NCBI RefSeq assembly: GCF_013167455.1
Contig: NZ_CP038328.1
Origin: Escherichia coli O157:H7
GTDB taxonomy: Bacteria; Pseudomonadota; Gammaproteobacteria; Enterobacterales; Enterobacteriaceae
Length of the DNA: 64,000 nucleotides
Reading direction: 5' to 3' (one strand)
The position numbers and the translations under genes were made by a program. Shown here piece after piece: positions 15,466-28,545 of this stretch. The notes beneath the pieces are model-generated. The model worked only from the letters and a program-made list of their open reading frames with translations, had not been told where the DNA came from and did no database searches. Position 1 is the stretch's first letter. Each line of letters begins with the position of its first letter.

Positions 15466-16866
15466 ATGCCACATTCCTACGATTACGATGCCATAGTAAT
15501 AGGTTCCGGCCCCGGCGGCGAAGGCGCTGCAATGGGCCTGGTTAAGCAAGGTGCGCGCGTCGCAGTTATCGAGCGTTATCAAAATGTTGGCGGCGGTTGC
15601 ACCCACTGGGGCACCATCCCGTCGAAAGCTCTCCGTCACGCCGTCAGCCGCATTATAGAATTCAATCAAAACCCACTATACAGCGACCATTCCCGACTGC
15701 TCCGCTCTTCTTTTGCCGATATCCTTAACCATGCCGATAACGTGATTAATCAACAAACGCGCATGCGTCAGGGATTTTACGAACGTAATCACTGTGAAAT
15801 ATTGCAGGGGAACGCTCGCTTTGTTGACGAGCATACGTTGGCGCTGGATTGCCCGGACGGCAGCGTTGAAACACTAACCGCTGAAAAATTTGTTATTGCC
15901 TGCGGCTCTCGTCCATATCATCCAACAGATGTTGATTTCACCCATCCACGCATTTACGACAGCGACTCAATTCTCAGCATGCACCACGAACCGCGCCATG
16001 TACTTATCTATGGTGCTGGAGTGATCGGCTGTGAATATGCGTCGATCTTCCGCGGTATGGATGTAAAAGTGGATCTGATCAACACCCGCGATCGCCTGCT
16101 GGCATTTCTCGATCAAGAGATGTCAGATTCTCTCTCCTATCACTTCTGGAACAGTGGCGTAGTGATTCGTCACAACGAAGAGTACGAGAAGATCGAAGGC
16201 TGTGACGACGGTGTGATCATGCATCTGAAGTCGGGTAAAAAACTGAAAGCTGACTGCCTGCTCTATGCCAACGGTCGTACCGGTAATACCGATTCGCTGG
16301 CGTTACAGAACATTGGGCTGGAAACTGACAGTCGCGGACAGCTGAAGGTCAACAGCATGTATCAGACCGCACAGCCGCACGTTTACGCGGTGGGCGACGT
16401 GATTGGTTATCCGAGCCTGGCATCAGCGGCCTATGACCAGGGGCGCATTGCCGCGCAGGCGCTGGTAAAAGGCGAAGCCACCGCGCATCTGATTGAAGAT
16501 ATCCCTACCGGCATTTACACCATCCCGGAAATCAGCTCTGTGGGCAAAACCGAACAGCAGCTGACCGCGATGAAAGTGCCATATGAAGTGGGCCGCGCCC
16601 AGTTCAAACATCTGGCACGTGCACAAATCGTCGGCATGAACGTGGGCACGCTGAAAATTTTGTTCCATCGGGAAACAAAAGAGATTCTGGGCATTCACTG
16701 CTTTGGCGAGCGCGCTGCCGAAATTATTCATATCGGTCAGGCGATTATGGAACAGAAAGGTGGCGGCAACACTATTGAGTACTTCGTCAACACCACCTTT
16801 AACTACCCGACGATGGCGGAAGCCTATCGGGTAGCTGCGTTAAACGGTTTAAACCGCCTGTTTTAA
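15466..16866 (+). CDS. sthA: soluble pyridine nucleotide transhydrogenase
   Basis: 466-aa [28 protein letters not shown] with FAD/NAD GxGxxG motifs. Confidence 0.95.
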
Positions 16867-17766
16867 CACTTTATCGAAATGGCCATCCATTCTTGCGCGG
16901 ATGGCCTCTGCCAGCTGCTCATAGCGGCTGCGCAGCGGTGAGCCAGGACGATAAACCAGGCCAATAGTGCGGCGTGGTTCCGGCTTAATGCACGGCAGAT
17001 AAACAACCCCATCGCGTTTGCGCTCCGGCGGCACAGCCAGCGCTGGCAGTAAAGTGATCCCGCTACCTGCCGCCACCATGTTGCGCAGCGTCTCCAGGCT
17101 GGTCGCGCGGAAGTGTGTATCTTCATCCGCCCCGGCTTCAAAGCAAAAACCCATTGCCTGATCGCGCAAACAGTGACCATCTTCCAGCATCAGCAGTTTT
17201 TCCCCTGCCAGATCGGCCATCGGTACGCATTCGCGGTTCGCCCACGGGTGGTCTTCATAGATAGCCAGCAACATTGGCTCATCAAACAACGGCACTTCAA
17301 TGAATGCTTCGCTCTCTTTCACCAGCGCGAGGATCACGCAATCGAGTTTGCCGCTGTCCAGTTGCGCCAGTAACTGGTGGGTCTGTGCTTCATGCAGATA
17401 CATTTCCAGCTTTGGAAAGGTCTGGTGCAGCATCGGGATAATATGCGGTAGCAGGTACGGTCCAACCGTGGGAATCAAACCAATATGCAGCGGTCCGGAC
17501 ATCGTCTCGCCCTGCTGGCTTGCCATCTCTTTAAGGACTTTCACCTCACGCAGCACGGTACGCGCCTGATCCACCAGCAGCATTCCCGCCTGGGTGAACA
17601 ACACTTTACGGCTGGTCCGCTCCAGCAACATCACGCCCAGCTCATCTTCCAGCTTACGAATTTGCCCGCTAAGCGTCGGCTGGCTAACGTGGCAGGAATC
17701 TGCCGCACGCCGAAAATGGCGGTGTTCAGCCAATGCCACCAGGTACTCAAGATCACGAATATTCAT
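16849..17766 (-). CDS. oxyR: LysR-family oxidative stress regulator OxyR
   Basis: ORF track 16849..17796; start placed at ATG 17766 ([23 protein letters not shown]), 305 aa; 3' end overlaps sthA convergently. Confidence 0.95.
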   Translation of the reverse strand: MNIRDLEYLVALAEHRHFRRAADSCHVSQPTLSGQIRKLEDELGVMLLERTSRKVLFTQAGMLLVDQARTVLREVKVLKEMASQQGETMSGPLHIGLIPTVGPYLLPHIIPMLHQTFPKLEMYLHEAQTHQLLAQLDSGKLDCVILALVKESEAFIEVPLFDEPMLLAIYEDHPWANRECVPMADLAGEKLLMLEDGHCLRDQAMGFCFEAGADEDTHFRATSLETLRNMVAAGSGITLLPALAVPPERKRDGVVYLPCIKPEPRRTIGLVYRPGSPLRSRYEQLAEAIRARMDGHFDKVLKQAV

Positions 17767-17861
17767 TATCCATCCTCCATCGCCACGATAGTTCATGGCG
17801 ATAGGTAGAATAGCAATGAACGATTATCCCTATCAAGCATTCTGACTGATAATTGCTCACA

Positions 17862-17975
17862 GAAACGGAGCGGCACCTCTTTTAACCCTTGAAGTCACTG
17901 CCCGTTTCGAGAGTTTCTCAACTCGAATAACTAAAGCCAACGTGAACTTTTGCGGATCTCCAGGATCCGCTTTTT
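17862..17975 (+). ncRNA. oxyS: OxyS small regulatory RNA
   Basis: GAAACGGAGCGGCACCTCTTTTAACCCTTGAAGTCACTGCCCGTTTCGAGAGTTTCTCAACTCGAATAACTAAAGCCAACGTGAACTTTTGCGGATCTCCAGGATCCGCTTTTTTTT, divergent from oxyR and ending in a hairpin plus T-run. Confidence 0.9.
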
Positions 17976-18032
17976 TTTGCCATAAAAAAGCCCGGCGATA
18001 AGCCAGGCTCAAATTTGTACATATAAATGTTC

Positions 18033-19406
18033 TTACCCCAACCGCGCCCTTGCAAAAGCAATCGCCTGCGCCACCTGCTGTGGTGAGACGCCGCCTTTTG
18101 CCGCACGCTTGTCGAGGCACGATTGCAGCGACAGAATCGGATAGACATCTTCACCAATCACCGGACTAAATTTCTGCAACTCGGTGAGCGGCAGCTCCTC
18201 CAGCGGTTTGCCCTGACGAATGGCTTCCACCACAGCTTCACCCACAATATGGTGTGCCTCGCGGAACGGCACACCTTTCGCCACCAGATAATCCGCCAGT
18301 TCAGTGGCGTTCGCGTAACCCTGTTGCGCCGCTTCCTGGCAACGCGGGCGTTTCACCTGAATGCCGTCCAGCACCAGCGCCGCCATATGCAGGCAGTCCA
18401 ACCAGGTATCGAGCGCGTCGAACAGACCTTCTTTGTCTTCCTGCATATCTTTGTTGTAAGCCAGCGGCAAACCTTTCAGCGTCATCATCATGCCGGTTAA
18501 CGCGCCCTGCACCCGACCGCATTTACCGCGAATCAGCTCCAGCGCATCCGGGTTTTTCTTCTGCGGCATTAATGATGAACCGGAAGTCACGCGGTCAGAA
18601 AGCTCCACAAACCCCGCTTCGCCGGTGTTAAAGAAAATCAGATCTTCAGCAAAACGCGACAGATGCACCATGCCGATAGCGGCAGCAGAAAGCAGTTCCA
18701 GCACGTGGTCACGGTCAGAAACGCTGTCGAGACTGTTACGGGTTGCTGAAGCAAATCCCAGCCAGCCCGCTAACTGTTCACGGTCGATTTCATAAGCCGT
18801 TCCCGCCAGCGCGCCACAACCTAACGGGCTGACATCCAGACGCTTAAGCGCATCCTGCAAACGGCTTTCATCACGCGCCAGCATCTCAACATAGGCCAGG
18901 CACCAGTGCGCGAACGTCACCGGCTGGGCGCGTTGCAGGTGAGTGTAACCTGGCATGACCGCGTCCTGATTGTTTTGTGCGGTTTCCACCAGCGCCGATT
19001 GCAGCTGCCGGTTAGCCGTCAGTAACTCACTAACGGTATCTTTGCACCACAGTTTCAGGTCAGTCGCTACCTGATCATTACGACTACGCCCGGTATGCAG
19101 CTTTTTGCCTAACTGGCCCACTTTGTCGATCAGTTTGCCTTCCACCCAGCTATGGATATCTTCGGCGTCGCTTTCAAGGATTTGTTGTGGCCTGGCGCGA
19201 ACATCTTCCAGCAGCACGTTCAGCGCCTCTTCCAGTTGCGCCTGCTCTTCTGCGGTTAACACGCCGACCGTGACCAAGGCTTTGGACCAGGCCACAGAGC
19301 CAACAATATCCTGCTCCGCCAGACGGTAATCAAAGCGCAGTGAGTCGTTGAATTGTTTGAACCGTTGATCTGCTGCCTGGGTAAAACGCCCGCCCCAAAG
19401 TGCCAT
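18033..19406 (-). CDS. argH: argininosuccinate lyase
   Basis: 457-aa [37 protein letters not shown]. Confidence 0.95.
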   Translation of the reverse strand: MALWGGRFTQAADQRFKQFNDSLRFDYRLAEQDIVGSVAWSKALVTVGVLTAEEQAQLEEALNVLLEDVRARPQQILESDAEDIHSWVEGKLIDKVGQLGKKLHTGRSRNDQVATDLKLWCKDTVSELLTANRQLQSALVETAQNNQDAVMPGYTHLQRAQPVTFAHWCLAYVEMLARDESRLQDALKRLDVSPLGCGALAGTAYEIDREQLAGWLGFASATRNSLDSVSDRDHVLELLSAAAIGMVHLSRFAEDLIFFNTGEAGFVELSDRVTSGSSLMPQKKNPDALELIRGKCGRVQGALTGMMMTLKGLPLAYNKDMQEDKEGLFDALDTWLDCLHMAALVLDGIQVKRPRCQEAAQQGYANATELADYLVAKGVPFREAHHIVGEAVVEAIRQGKPLEELPLTELQKFSPVIGEDVYPILSLQSCLDKRAAKGGVSPQQVAQAIAFARARLG

Positions 19407-19466
19407 AACTCTGTTTCCTTATTTTGAAATTCAATGCCGGAAAGCTGCGCCTCCGGCCAACAAAAC

Positions 19467-20243
19467 TTAAGCTAAAATCCGCGTACCCATCGGCATACCG
19501 TTAAACAGTGCCGGAAGCTGCTCCGCATGACGCCAGGAGGCGATATCTACCGGACGGCCCAACGTGCGCGCAGCATCCAGCGCCGCGTTCACTTTCACTA
19601 TCATGCCGTCAGTAATAATGCCCTGCTCAATCAGTTGTTCTGCTTTCGCGGCGGTCATTTCGGCAATGCGTTGCCCTTTGCCGTCGAGAATGCCACTGAC
19701 GTCGGAGAGCAAAATCAGATCCGCGCCCAGCGTTGCCGCCAGCGCCGTTGCCGCCTGGTCGGCATTGACGTTCATCAGTTGCCCTTCGTCTGTTACGCCA
19801 ATGGAGCTGACCACCGGCAGATAACCGTTCTCCAGCAAGGAGTTGATAAGCTTAGGCGAACCTGGCTGCGCCAGTCCAACATGACCTAACTCTTCATCAA
19901 GCTGGGTCACTTTGACGCTGTCGCCGTCACCGAGAAACAAACCTACGGCCGCAATCTGATGTTTCTTCGCCCATGCCAACAGGGTTTTATTTGCCGTTCC
20001 CGCCAGTGCTCCGGTGATAATGTCAATCTGATCAGCAGGCGTCACCCGCAGGCCATTTTTCTTTTTCACCGGCAGATTCAGCCCTTTCATCAGCTCATCC
20101 ACCACGCAACCGCCGCCGTGCACAATCACCAGCGGACGCTGATGTGACTCACGATAATTCACCAGTGCGCTAAACAGACGTTCCAGCGCCTCTTCACTAT
20201 CCAGCAGTACGCCACCCAGTTTGATAATTAATGGATTCATCAT
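19467..20243 (-). CDS. argB: acetylglutamate kinase
   Basis: ORF track 19467..20276; start placed at ATG 20243 ([18 protein letters not shown]), 258 aa. Confidence 0.93.
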
Positions 20244-20250
20244 TGCACCC

Positions 20251-21255
20251 TTAAATAAGAGACTGCGTTTCCGCATAGCCGAAACGAATATTGGCGCACT
20301 GTACCGCTTGTGCCGCCGCGCCTTTCAGTAAGTTGTCTTCGGTCGCCACAATAATCAGATGTTCGCCCTGAACGGCAAACCCGATATCGCAAAATGGTAG
20401 CCCAACGACATTTTTCAGCGCCGGAACGCCTTTGTCATACAGCCGCACCAGCGGTTTATGGGCATACGCCTGCTGTAACGCTTGCGCCACTTGCGCCTGG
20501 GTCACACCCGGTTTCAGGCGGCAGGTAATGGTTTCGAGAATGCCGCGCGGGAAATTGCCCAGATGCGGGGTGAAGATAACGTCAGCACCGAGGTGTGTGG
20601 CGATCTCTGGTTGATGGCGATGGGTAAAGACGCCATACGGTTGCAGGCTAACTTCACAAAAACTATTTGAAATCGCTGCCTTACGTCCTGCACCGCTCAC
20701 GCCGCTGGTGGCGTTGATCACCGGCCACTGATTGAGGTCAAGAAGATCGGCATCAATCAACGGTTTCAGCGCCAACTGTGCTGCCGTCGGATAACAGCCT
20801 GGCACCGCAATCAAATTCGCTTCTTTTAATTTATTACCGCACCACTCCGCCAGACCGTAGGCTGCCTGTTCCAGCAGTTCCGGGTATTGATGGGTAAAGC
20901 CGTAATATTTTTCATAGAAGGTGGCGTCGTTAACACGAAACGCGCCGGAAAGGTCGAACACCACGCAGCCCGCGTCAAGAAACTGCGGCGCTAAATCGTG
21001 GCTAACTTCATGGGCGGTGGCGAGAAACACCACGTCCACCCCAGGGCTAAACTCGCTGATATCCGACATCGGCTGCAACGGCAGATCAACGATGCCTTTT
21101 AGCTGCGGATGCAAATCGGAGATTAACTTTCCCGCATCATTGCTTTGCGCTGAAACAGTCAAAGCGGTTATGTTCATATGCGGATGGCGATTTACACAGG
21201 TCACTAGCTCTGCGCCAGCGTAGCCGCTGGCACCCACAATCAGCGTATTCAACAT
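20251..21255 (-). CDS. argC: N-acetyl-gamma-glutamyl-phosphate reductase
   Basis: 334-aa [21 protein letters not shown]. Confidence 0.95.
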
Positions 21256-21353
21256 CGGGGCTATTCACCTTCTTATGTCTGGTTGCCAGGTTAAACGTAA
21301 AACATTCACCTTACGGCTGGTGGGTTTTATTACGCTCAACGTTAGTGTATTTT

Positions 21354-21391
21354 TATTCATAAATACTGCATGAATATTGATACTATCATGA
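21354..21391. promoter_or_regulatory. ArgR operator (tandem ARG boxes) in divergent argE / argCBH control region
   Basis: TATTCATAAATACTGCATGAATATTGATACTATCATGA contains two TNTGAAT-N4-ATTCANW-like boxes between argC and argE. Confidence 0.7.
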
Positions 21392-21408
21392 CCAGAGGTG
21401 TGTCAACA

Positions 21409-22560
21409 ATGAAAAACAAATTACCGCCATTTATCGAGATTTACCGTGCTCTGATTGCCACACCTTCAATAAGCGCCACGGAAGAGGCACTCGATCAAAG
21501 CAATGCAGATTTAATCACTCTGCTGGCGGACTGGTTTAAAGATTTAGGCTTCAATGTGGAAGTGCAGCCTGTACCAGGAACTCGCAACAAATTTAATATG
21601 CTGGCAAGTACCGGACAGGGGGCTGGCGGCTTGTTGCTGGCGGGGCATACCGATACGGTGCCATTTGATGACGGTCGCTGGACGCGCGATCCGTTTACAC
21701 TGACGGAGCATGACGGCAAGCTTTACGGCTTAGGCACCGCCGACATGAAAGGCTTTTTTGCGTTTATCCTTGATGCGCTACGCGATGTCGACGTCACGAA
21801 ACTGAAAAAACCGCTCTACATTCTGGCGACTGCTGATGAAGAAACCAGTATGGCCGGAGCGCGTTATTTTGCCGAAACTACCGCCCTGCGCCCGGATTGC
21901 GCCATCATTGGCGAACCGACGTCACTACAACCGGTACGCGCACATAAAGGTCATATCTCTAACGCCATCCGTATTCAGGGCCAGTCGGGGCACTCCAGCG
22001 ATCCAGCACGCGGAGTTAACGCTATAGAACTAATGCACGACGCCATCGGGCATATTTTGCAATTGCGCGATAACCTGAAAGAACGTTATCACTACGAAGC
22101 GTTTACCGTGCCATACCCTACGCTCAACCTCGGGCATATTCACGGTGGCGACGCTTCTAACCGTATTTGCGCTTGGTGTGAGTTGCATATGGATATTCGT
22201 CCGCTGCCTGGCATGACACTCAATGAACTTAATGGTTTGCTCAACGATGCATTGGCTCCGGTGAGCGAACGCTGGCCGGGTCGTCTGACGGTCGACGAGC
22301 TGCATCCGCCGATCCCTGGCTATGAATGCCCACCGAATCATCAACTGGTTGAAGTGGTTGAGAAATTGCTCGGAGCAAAAACCGAAGTGGTGAATTACTG
22401 TACCGAAGCGCCGTTTATTCAAACGTTATGCCCGACGCTGGTTCTGGGGCCTGGCTCAATTAATCAGGCTCATCAGCCTGATGAATATCTGGAAACACGG
22501 TTTATCAAGCCCACCCGCGAACTGATAACCCAGGTCATTCACCATTTTTGCTGGCATTAA
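21409..22560 (+). CDS. argE: acetylornithine deacetylase
   Basis: ORF track 21370..22560; start placed at ATG 21409 ([20 protein letters not shown]), 383 aa. Confidence 0.93.
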   Translation: MKNKLPPFIEIYRALIATPSISATEEALDQSNADLITLLADWFKDLGFNVEVQPVPGTRNKFNMLASTGQGAGGLLLAGHTDTVPFDDGRWTRDPFTLTEHDGKLYGLGTADMKGFFAFILDALRDVDVTKLKKPLYILATADEETSMAGARYFAETTALRPDCAIIGEPTSLQPVRAHKGHISNAIRIQGQSGHSSDPARGVNAIELMHDAIGHILQLRDNLKERYHYEAFTVPYPTLNLGHIHGGDASNRICAWCELHMDIRPLPGMTLNELNGLLNDALAPVSERWPGRLTVDELHPPIPGYECPPNHQLVEVVEKLLGAKTEVVNYCTEAPFIQTLCPTLVLGPGSINQAHQPDEYLETRFIKPTRELITQVIHHFCWH

Positions 22561-22564
22561 AACG

Positions 22565-22672
22565 TAGGCCGAATAAGGCGCTTGCGCCGCATCCGGCACT
22601 GTTGCCAAACTCCAGTGCCGCAATAATGTCGGATGCGATGCTTGCACATCTTATCCGACCTACACCTTTGGT
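22565..22672. repeat. BIME / REP cluster
   Basis: GCCGAATAAGGCGCTTGCGCCGCATCCGGCAC and GTCGGATGCGATGCTTGCACATCTTATCCGACCTAC REP-type palindromic units. Confidence 0.8.
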
Positions 22673-22911
22673 GTTACTTGAGGCGATTTTTTAACATTCC
22701 CATAAGTTACGCTTATTTAAAGCGTCGTGAATTTAATGACGTAAATTCCTGCTATTTATTCGTTTGCTGAAGCGATTTCGCAGCATTTGACGTCACCGCT
22801 TTTACGTGGCTTTATAAAAGACGACGAAAAGCAAAGCCCGAGCATATTCGCGCCAATGCGACGTGAAGGATACAGGGCTATCAAACGATAAGATGGGGTG
22901 TCTGGGGTAAT

Positions 22912-25563
22912 ATGAACGAACAATATTCCGCATTGCGTAGTAATGTCAGTATGCTCGGCAAAGTGCTGGGAGAAACCATCAAGGATGCGTTGGGAGAACA
23001 CATTCTTGAACGCGTAGAAACTATCCGTAAGTTGTCCAAATCTTCACGCGCTGGCAATGATGCTAACCGCCAGGAGTTACTCACCACCTTACAAAATTTG
23101 TCGAACGACGAGCTGCTGCCCGTTGCGCGTGCGTTTAGTCAGTTCCTGAACCTGGCCAACACCGCCGAGCAATACCACAGCATTTCGCCGAAAGGCGAAG
23201 CTGCCAGCAACCCGGAAGTGATCGCCCGCACCCTGCGTAAACTGAAAAACCAGCCGGAACTGAGCGAAGACACCATCAAAAAAGCAGTGGAATCGCTGTC
23301 GCTGGAACTGGTCCTCACGGCTCACCCAACCGAAATTACCCGTCGTACACTGATCCACAAAATGGTGGAAGTGAACGCCTGCTTAAAACAGCTCGATAAC
23401 AAAGATATCGCTGACTACGAACACAACCAGCTGATGCGTCGCCTGCGCCAGTTGATCGCCCAGTCATGGCATACCGATGAAATCCGTAAGCTGCGTCCAA
23501 GCCCGGTAGATGAAGCCAAATGGGGCTTTGCCGTAGTAGAAAACAGCCTGTGGCAAGGCGTACCGAATTACCTGCGCGAACTGAACGAACAACTGGAAGA
23601 GAACCTCGGCTACAAACTGCCCGTCGAATTTGTTCCGGTACGTTTTACCTCGTGGATGGGCGGTGACCGCGACGGCAACCCGAACGTCACTGCCGATATC
23701 ACCCGCCACGTCCTGCTGCTCAGCCGCTGGAAAGCCACCGATCTGTTCCTGAAAGATATTCAGGTTCTGGTTTCTGAACTGTCGATGGTTGAAGCGACCC
23801 CTGAACTGCTGGCGCTGGTTGGCGAAGAAGGTGCCGCAGAACCGTATCGCTATCTGATGAAAAACCTGCGTTCTCGCCTGATGGCGACACAGGCATGGCT
23901 GGAAGCGCGCCTGAAAGGCGAAGAACTGCCAAAACCAGAAGGCCTGCTGACACAAAACGAAGAACTGTGGGAACCGCTCTACGCTTGCTACCAGTCACTT
24001 CAGGCGTGTGGCATGGGTATTATCGCCAACGGCGATCTGCTCGACACCCTGCGCCGCGTGAAATGTTTCGGCGTACCGCTGGTCCGTATTGATATCCGTC
24101 AGGAGAGCACGCGTCATACCGAAGCGCTGGGCGAGCTGACCCGCTACCTCGGTATCGGCGACTACGAAAGCTGGTCAGAGGCCGACAAACAGGCGTTCCT
24201 GATCCGCGAACTGAACTCCAAACGTCCGCTTCTGCCGCGCAACTGGCAACCAAGCGCCGAAACGCGCGAAGTGCTCGATACCTGCCAGGTGATTGCCGAA
24301 GCACCGCAAGGCTCCATTGCCGCCTACGTGATCTCGATGGCGAAAACGCCGTCCGACGTGCTGGCTGTCCACCTGCTGCTGAAAGAAGCGGGTATCGGGT
24401 TTGCGATGCCGGTTGCTCCGCTGTTTGAAACTCTCGATGACCTGAACAACGCCAACGATGTCATGACTCAGTTGCTGAATATCGACTGGTATCGCGGCCT
24501 GATTCAGGGCAAACAGATGGTGATGATTGGCTATTCCGACTCAGCAAAAGATGCGGGCGTGATGGCAGCGTCCTGGGCGCAATATCAGGCACAGGATGCA
24601 TTAATCAAAACCTGCGAAAAAGCGGGTATTGAGCTGACGTTGTTCCACGGTCGCGGCGGTTCCATTGGTCGCGGCGGCGCACCTGCTCATGCGGCGCTGC
24701 TGTCACAACCGCCAGGAAGCCTGAAAGGTGGCCTGCGCGTGACTGAACAGGGCGAGATGATCCGCTTTAAATATGGTCTGCCAGAAATCACCGTCAGCAG
24801 CCTGTCGCTTTACACCGGGGCGATACTGGAAGCCAACCTGCTGCCACCACCTGAGCCGAAAGAGAGCTGGCGTCGCATTATGGATGAACTATCAGTCATC
24901 TCCTGCGATCTCTACCGTGGCTACGTACGTGAAAACAAAGATTTTGTGCCTTACTTCCGCTCCGCTACGCCGGAACAGGAACTGGGCAAACTGCCGTTGG
25001 GTTCACGTCCGGCGAAACGTCGCCCAACCGGCGGCGTCGAGTCACTACGCGCCATTCCGTGGATCTTCGCCTGGACGCAAAACCGTCTGATGCTCCCCGC
25101 CTGGCTGGGTGCAGGTACGGCGCTGCAAAAAGTGGTCGAAGATGGCAAACAGAGCGAGCTGGAGGCTATGTGCCGCGATTGGCCATTCTTCTCGACGCGT
25201 CTCGGCATGCTGGAGATGGTCTTCGCCAAAGCAGACCTGTGGCTGGCGGAATACTATGACCAACGCCTGGTAGACAAAACACTGTGGCCGTTAGGTAAAG
25301 AGTTACGCAATCTGCAAGAAGAAGACATCAAAGTGGTGCTGGCGATTGCCAACGATTCCCATCTGATGGCCGATCTGCCGTGGATTGCAGAGTCTATTCA
25401 GCTACGGAATATTTACACCGACCCGCTGAACGTATTGCAAGCCGAGTTGCTGCACCGCTCCCGCCAGGCAGAAAAAGAAGGCCAGGAACCGGATCCTCGC
25501 GTCGAGCAGGCGTTAATGGTCACTATTGCCGGGATTGCGGCAGGTATGCGTAATACCGGCTAA
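22912..25563 (+). CDS. ppc: phosphoenolpyruvate carboxylase
   Basis: 883-aa [32 protein letters not shown], ends ...AGMRNTG. Confidence 0.97.
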   Translation: MNEQYSALRSNVSMLGKVLGETIKDALGEHILERVETIRKLSKSSRAGNDANRQELLTTLQNLSNDELLPVARAFSQFLNLANTAEQYHSISPKGEAASNPEVIARTLRKLKNQPELSEDTIKKAVESLSLELVLTAHPTEITRRTLIHKMVEVNACLKQLDNKDIADYEHNQLMRRLRQLIAQSWHTDEIRKLRPSPVDEAKWGFAVVENSLWQGVPNYLRELNEQLEENLGYKLPVEFVPVRFTSWMGGDRDGNPNVTADITRHVLLLSRWKATDLFLKDIQVLVSELSMVEATPELLALVGEEGAAEPYRYLMKNLRSRLMATQAWLEARLKGEELPKPEGLLTQNEELWEPLYACYQSLQACGMGIIANGDLLDTLRRVKCFGVPLVRIDIRQESTRHTEALGELTRYLGIGDYESWSEADKQAFLIRELNSKRPLLPRNWQPSAETREVLDTCQVIAEAPQGSIAAYVISMAKTPSDVLAVHLLLKEAGIGFAMPVAPLFETLDDLNNANDVMTQLLNIDWYRGLIQGKQMVMIGYSDSAKDAGVMAASWAQYQAQDALIKTCEKAGIELTLFHGRGGSIGRGGAPAHAALLSQPPGSLKGGLRVTEQGEMIRFKYGLPEITVSSLSLYTGAILEANLLPPPEPKESWRRIMDELSVISCDLYRGYVRENKDFVPYFRSATPEQELGKLPLGSRPAKRRPTGGVESLRAIPWIFAWTQNRLMLPAWLGAGTALQKVVEDGKQSELEAMCRDWPFFSTRLGMLEMVFAKADLWLAEYYDQRLVDKTLWPLGKELRNLQEEDIKVVLAIANDSHLMADLPWIAESIQLRNIYTDPLNVLQAELLHRSRQAEKEGQEPDPRVEQALMVTIAGIAAGMRNTG

Positions 25564-25577
25564 TCTTCCTCTCCTGC

Positions 25578-25609
25578 AAACCCTCGTGCTTTTGCGCGAG
25601 GGTTTTCTG
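25578..25609 (+). terminator. ppc rho-independent terminator
   Basis: AAACCCTCGTGCTTTTGCGCGAGGGTTTTCTG hairpin plus T-rich tail just after the ppc stop. Confidence 0.7.
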
Positions 25610-25745
25610 AAATACTTCTGTTCTAACACCCTCGTTTTCAATATATTTCTGTCTGCATTTTATTCAAATTCTGGATATCCCTTCAGATATCCTTAAGGAA
25701 TTGTCGGTAAATTCGGCGATATTTTTTTCAAGACAGGTTCTTACT

Positions 25746-27479
25746 ATGCATTCCACAGAAGTCCAGGCTAAACCTCTTTTTAGCTGGAAAGCCCTGGGTT
25801 GGGCATTGCTCTACTTTTGGTTTTTCTCTACTCTGCTACAGGCCATTATTTACATCAGTGGTTATAGTGGCACCAACGGCATTCGCGACTCGCTGTTATT
25901 CAGCTCGCTGTGGTTAATTCCGGTATTCCTCTTTCCGAAGCGGATCAAAATTATTGCCGCAGTGATCGGCGTGGTGCTATGGGCGGCCTCTCTGGCGGCG
26001 CTGTGCTACTACGTCATCTACGGTCAGGAGTTCTCGCAGAGCGTTCTGTTTGTGATGTTCGAAACCAACACCAACGAAGCCAGCGAGTATTTAAGCCAGT
26101 ATTTCAGCCTGAAAATTGTGCTTATCGCGCTGGCCTATACGGCGGTGGCAGTTCTGCTGTGGACACGCCTGCGCCCGGTCTATATTCCAAAGCCGTGGCG
26201 TTATGTTGTCTCTTTTGCCCTGCTTTATGGCTTGATTCTGCATCCGATCGCCATGAATATGTTTATCAAAAACAAGCCGTTTGAGAAAACGTTGGATAAC
26301 CTGGCCTCGCGTATGGAGCCTGCCGCACCGTGGCAATTCCTGACCGGCTATTATCAGTATCGTCAGCAACTAAACTCGCTAACAAAGCTACTGAATGAAA
26401 ATAATGCCTTGCCGCCGCTGGCTAATTTCAAAGATGAATCGGGTAACGAACCGCGCACCTTAGTGCTGGTGATTGGCGAGTCAACCCAGCGTGGACGCAT
26501 GAGTCTGTACGGTTATCCGCGTGAAACCACGCCGGAGCTGAATGCGCTGCATAAAACCGATCCGAATCTGACCGTGTTTAATAACGTAGTTACGTCTCGT
26601 CCGTACACCATTGAAATCCTGCAACAGGCGCTGACCTTTGCCAATGAAAAGAACCCGGATCTGTATCTGACGCAGCCGTCGCTGATGAACATGATGAAAC
26701 AGGCGGGTTATAAAACCTTCTGGATCACCAACCAGCAGACGATGACCGCCCGCAATACCATGCTGACGGTATTTTCGCGCCAGACCGACAAGCAGTACTA
26801 CATGAACCAGCAACGTACGCAGAGTGCGCGTGAATACGACACTAACGTGCTGAAGCCGTTCCAGGAAGTGCTGAAGGACCCTGCGCCGAAGAAACTGATC
26901 ATCGTTCATCTGCTGGGTACGCATATCAAATACAAATACCGCTACCCGGAAAATCAGGGCAAGTTTGATGGCAATACCGATCATGTTCCGCCGGGATTAA
27001 ACGCGGAAGAGCTGGAGTCATATAACGATTATGACAACGCTAACCTGTATAACGATCATGTGGTTGCCAGCCTGATTAAAGACTTTAAAGCAGCAGACCC
27101 GAACGGTTTCCTGGTTTACTTCTCTGACCACGGTGAAGAGGTTTACGACACGCCGCCTCATAAAACCCAGGGGCGTAATGAGGACAACCCGACGCGTCAT
27201 ATGTACACCATTCCGTTCCTGCTGTGGACGTCGGAAAAATGGCAAGCGACTCATCCGCGTGATTTCTCGCAGGATGTTGATCGTAAATACAGCCTTGCGG
27301 AACTGATCCACACCTGGTCAGATTTAGCGGGCTTATCTTACGACGGTTACGATCCAACCCGTTCAGTGGTGAATCCGCAGTTCAAAGAAAATACCCGCTG
27401 GATTGGTAACCCGTACAAGAAAAACGCGCTGATCGATTACGACACGCTGCCGTATGGCGACCAGGTAGGTAATCAGTAA
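25746..27479 (+). CDS. eptC: phosphoethanolamine transferase (LPS core heptose modification)
   Basis: ORF track 25701..27479; start placed at ATG 25746 (MHSTEVQAKPLFSWKALGWALLYFWFF); N-terminal TM region plus sulfatase-like domain. Confidence 0.9.
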   Translation: MHSTEVQAKPLFSWKALGWALLYFWFFSTLLQAIIYISGYSGTNGIRDSLLFSSLWLIPVFLFPKRIKIIAAVIGVVLWAASLAALCYYVIYGQEFSQSVLFVMFETNTNEASEYLSQYFSLKIVLIALAYTAVAVLLWTRLRPVYIPKPWRYVVSFALLYGLILHPIAMNMFIKNKPFEKTLDNLASRMEPAAPWQFLTGYYQYRQQLNSLTKLLNENNALPPLANFKDESGNEPRTLVLVIGESTQRGRMSLYGYPRETTPELNALHKTDPNLTVFNNVVTSRPYTIEILQQALTFANEKNPDLYLTQPSLMNMMKQAGYKTFWITNQQTMTARNTMLTVFSRQTDKQYYMNQQRTQSAREYDTNVLKPFQEVLKDPAPKKLIIVHLLGTHIKYKYRYPENQGKFDGNTDHVPPGLNAEELESYNDYDNANLYNDHVVASLIKDFKAADPNGFLVYFSDHGEEVYDTPPHKTQGRNEDNPTRHMYTIPFLLWTSEKWQATHPRDFSQDVDRKYSLAELIHTWSDLAGLSYDGYDPTRSVVNPQFKENTRWIGNPYKKNALIDYDTLPYGDQVGNQ

Positions 27480-27494
27480 TTATCAGCCAGGCGC

Positions 27495-27592
27495 TATTTG
27501 CCGGATGCGACGCTTGACGCGTCTTATCCGGCCTACAGATCGCGGCGGTAGACTGGATAAGGCGTTTACGCCACATCCGGCAATACAACTGC
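27495..27592. repeat. BIME / REP cluster
   Basis: GCCGGATGCGACGCTTGACGCGTCTTATCCGGCCTAC and GGATAAGGCGTTTACGCCACATCCGGCA REP units. Confidence 0.8.
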
Positions 27593-27693
27593 CGCAATGT
27601 TTACATCGAACTCCCCTCAGGCCACACTTTTCAGGTGGCCTTTTTTAATAATGCCAGTTACTGTTTTCCCGTCTCCATACCTAAGGGAATAAC

Positions 27694-28545
27694 ATGTATC
27701 ACGACGTCAGCTATCTGCTCTCCCGCCTGATCAACGGCCCGCTGTCCCTGCGCCAGATTTACTTTGCCAGCAGTAACGGCCCGGTGCCCGATCTTGCGTA
27801 TCAGGTCGATTTTCCACGGCTGGAAATTGTGCTGGAAGGTGAGTTTGTTGATACCGGCGCTGGAGCAACGTTAGTTCCCGGCGATGTGCTGTACGTTGCC
27901 GCTGGTGGCTGGAATTTTCCACAATGGCAAGCCCCTGCTACTACCTTTAGCGTGCTGTTTGGCAAACAGCAACTCGGCTTCAGCGTCGTGCAATGGGATG
28001 GCAAACAATATCAAAATCTGGCGAAGCAACACGTCGCCCGACGCGGCCCACGCATAGGTTCTTTTCTGCTACAAACGCTCAATGAAATGCAAATGCAGCC
28101 GCAGGAGCAGCAAACGGCAAGGCTTATCGTCGCCAGCCTGCTTAGCCACTGCCGCGATTTGCTTGGCAGCCAAATCCAGACCGCCTCACGCAGCCAGGCA
28201 CTATTCGAAGCTATTCGCGATTATATCGACGAACGCTATGCCTCCGCGCTTACCCGCGAATCTGTCGCACAGGCATTCTATATTTCACCAAACTATCTCT
28301 CGCACCTGTTTCAAAAAACGGGGGCCATTGGTTTTAACGAATACCTGAATCACACGCGACTGGAGCACGCTAAGACGTTATTGAAAGGCTATGACCTGAA
28401 GGTAAAAGAAGTGGCGCACGCCTGCGGCTTTGTCGACAGCAACTACTTCTGCCGTCTGTTTCGTAAAAACACCGAACGCTCGCCGTCGGAATATCGCCGG
28501 CAGTACCACAGCCAACTGACAGAAAAACCGACTACTCCAGAATAA
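27694..28545 (+). CDS. yijO: AraC-family transcriptional regulator YijO
   Basis: 283-aa ORF with C-terminal AraC-type HTH (FNEYLNHTRLEHAKTLL). Confidence 0.9.
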   Translation: MYHDVSYLLSRLINGPLSLRQIYFASSNGPVPDLAYQVDFPRLEIVLEGEFVDTGAGATLVPGDVLYVAAGGWNFPQWQAPATTFSVLFGKQQLGFSVVQWDGKQYQNLAKQHVARRGPRIGSFLLQTLNEMQMQPQEQQTARLIVASLLSHCRDLLGSQIQTASRSQALFEAIRDYIDERYASALTRESVAQAFYISPNYLSHLFQKTGAIGFNEYLNHTRLEHAKTLLKGYDLKVKEVAHACGFVDSNYFCRLFRKNTERSPSEYRRQYHSQLTEKPTTPE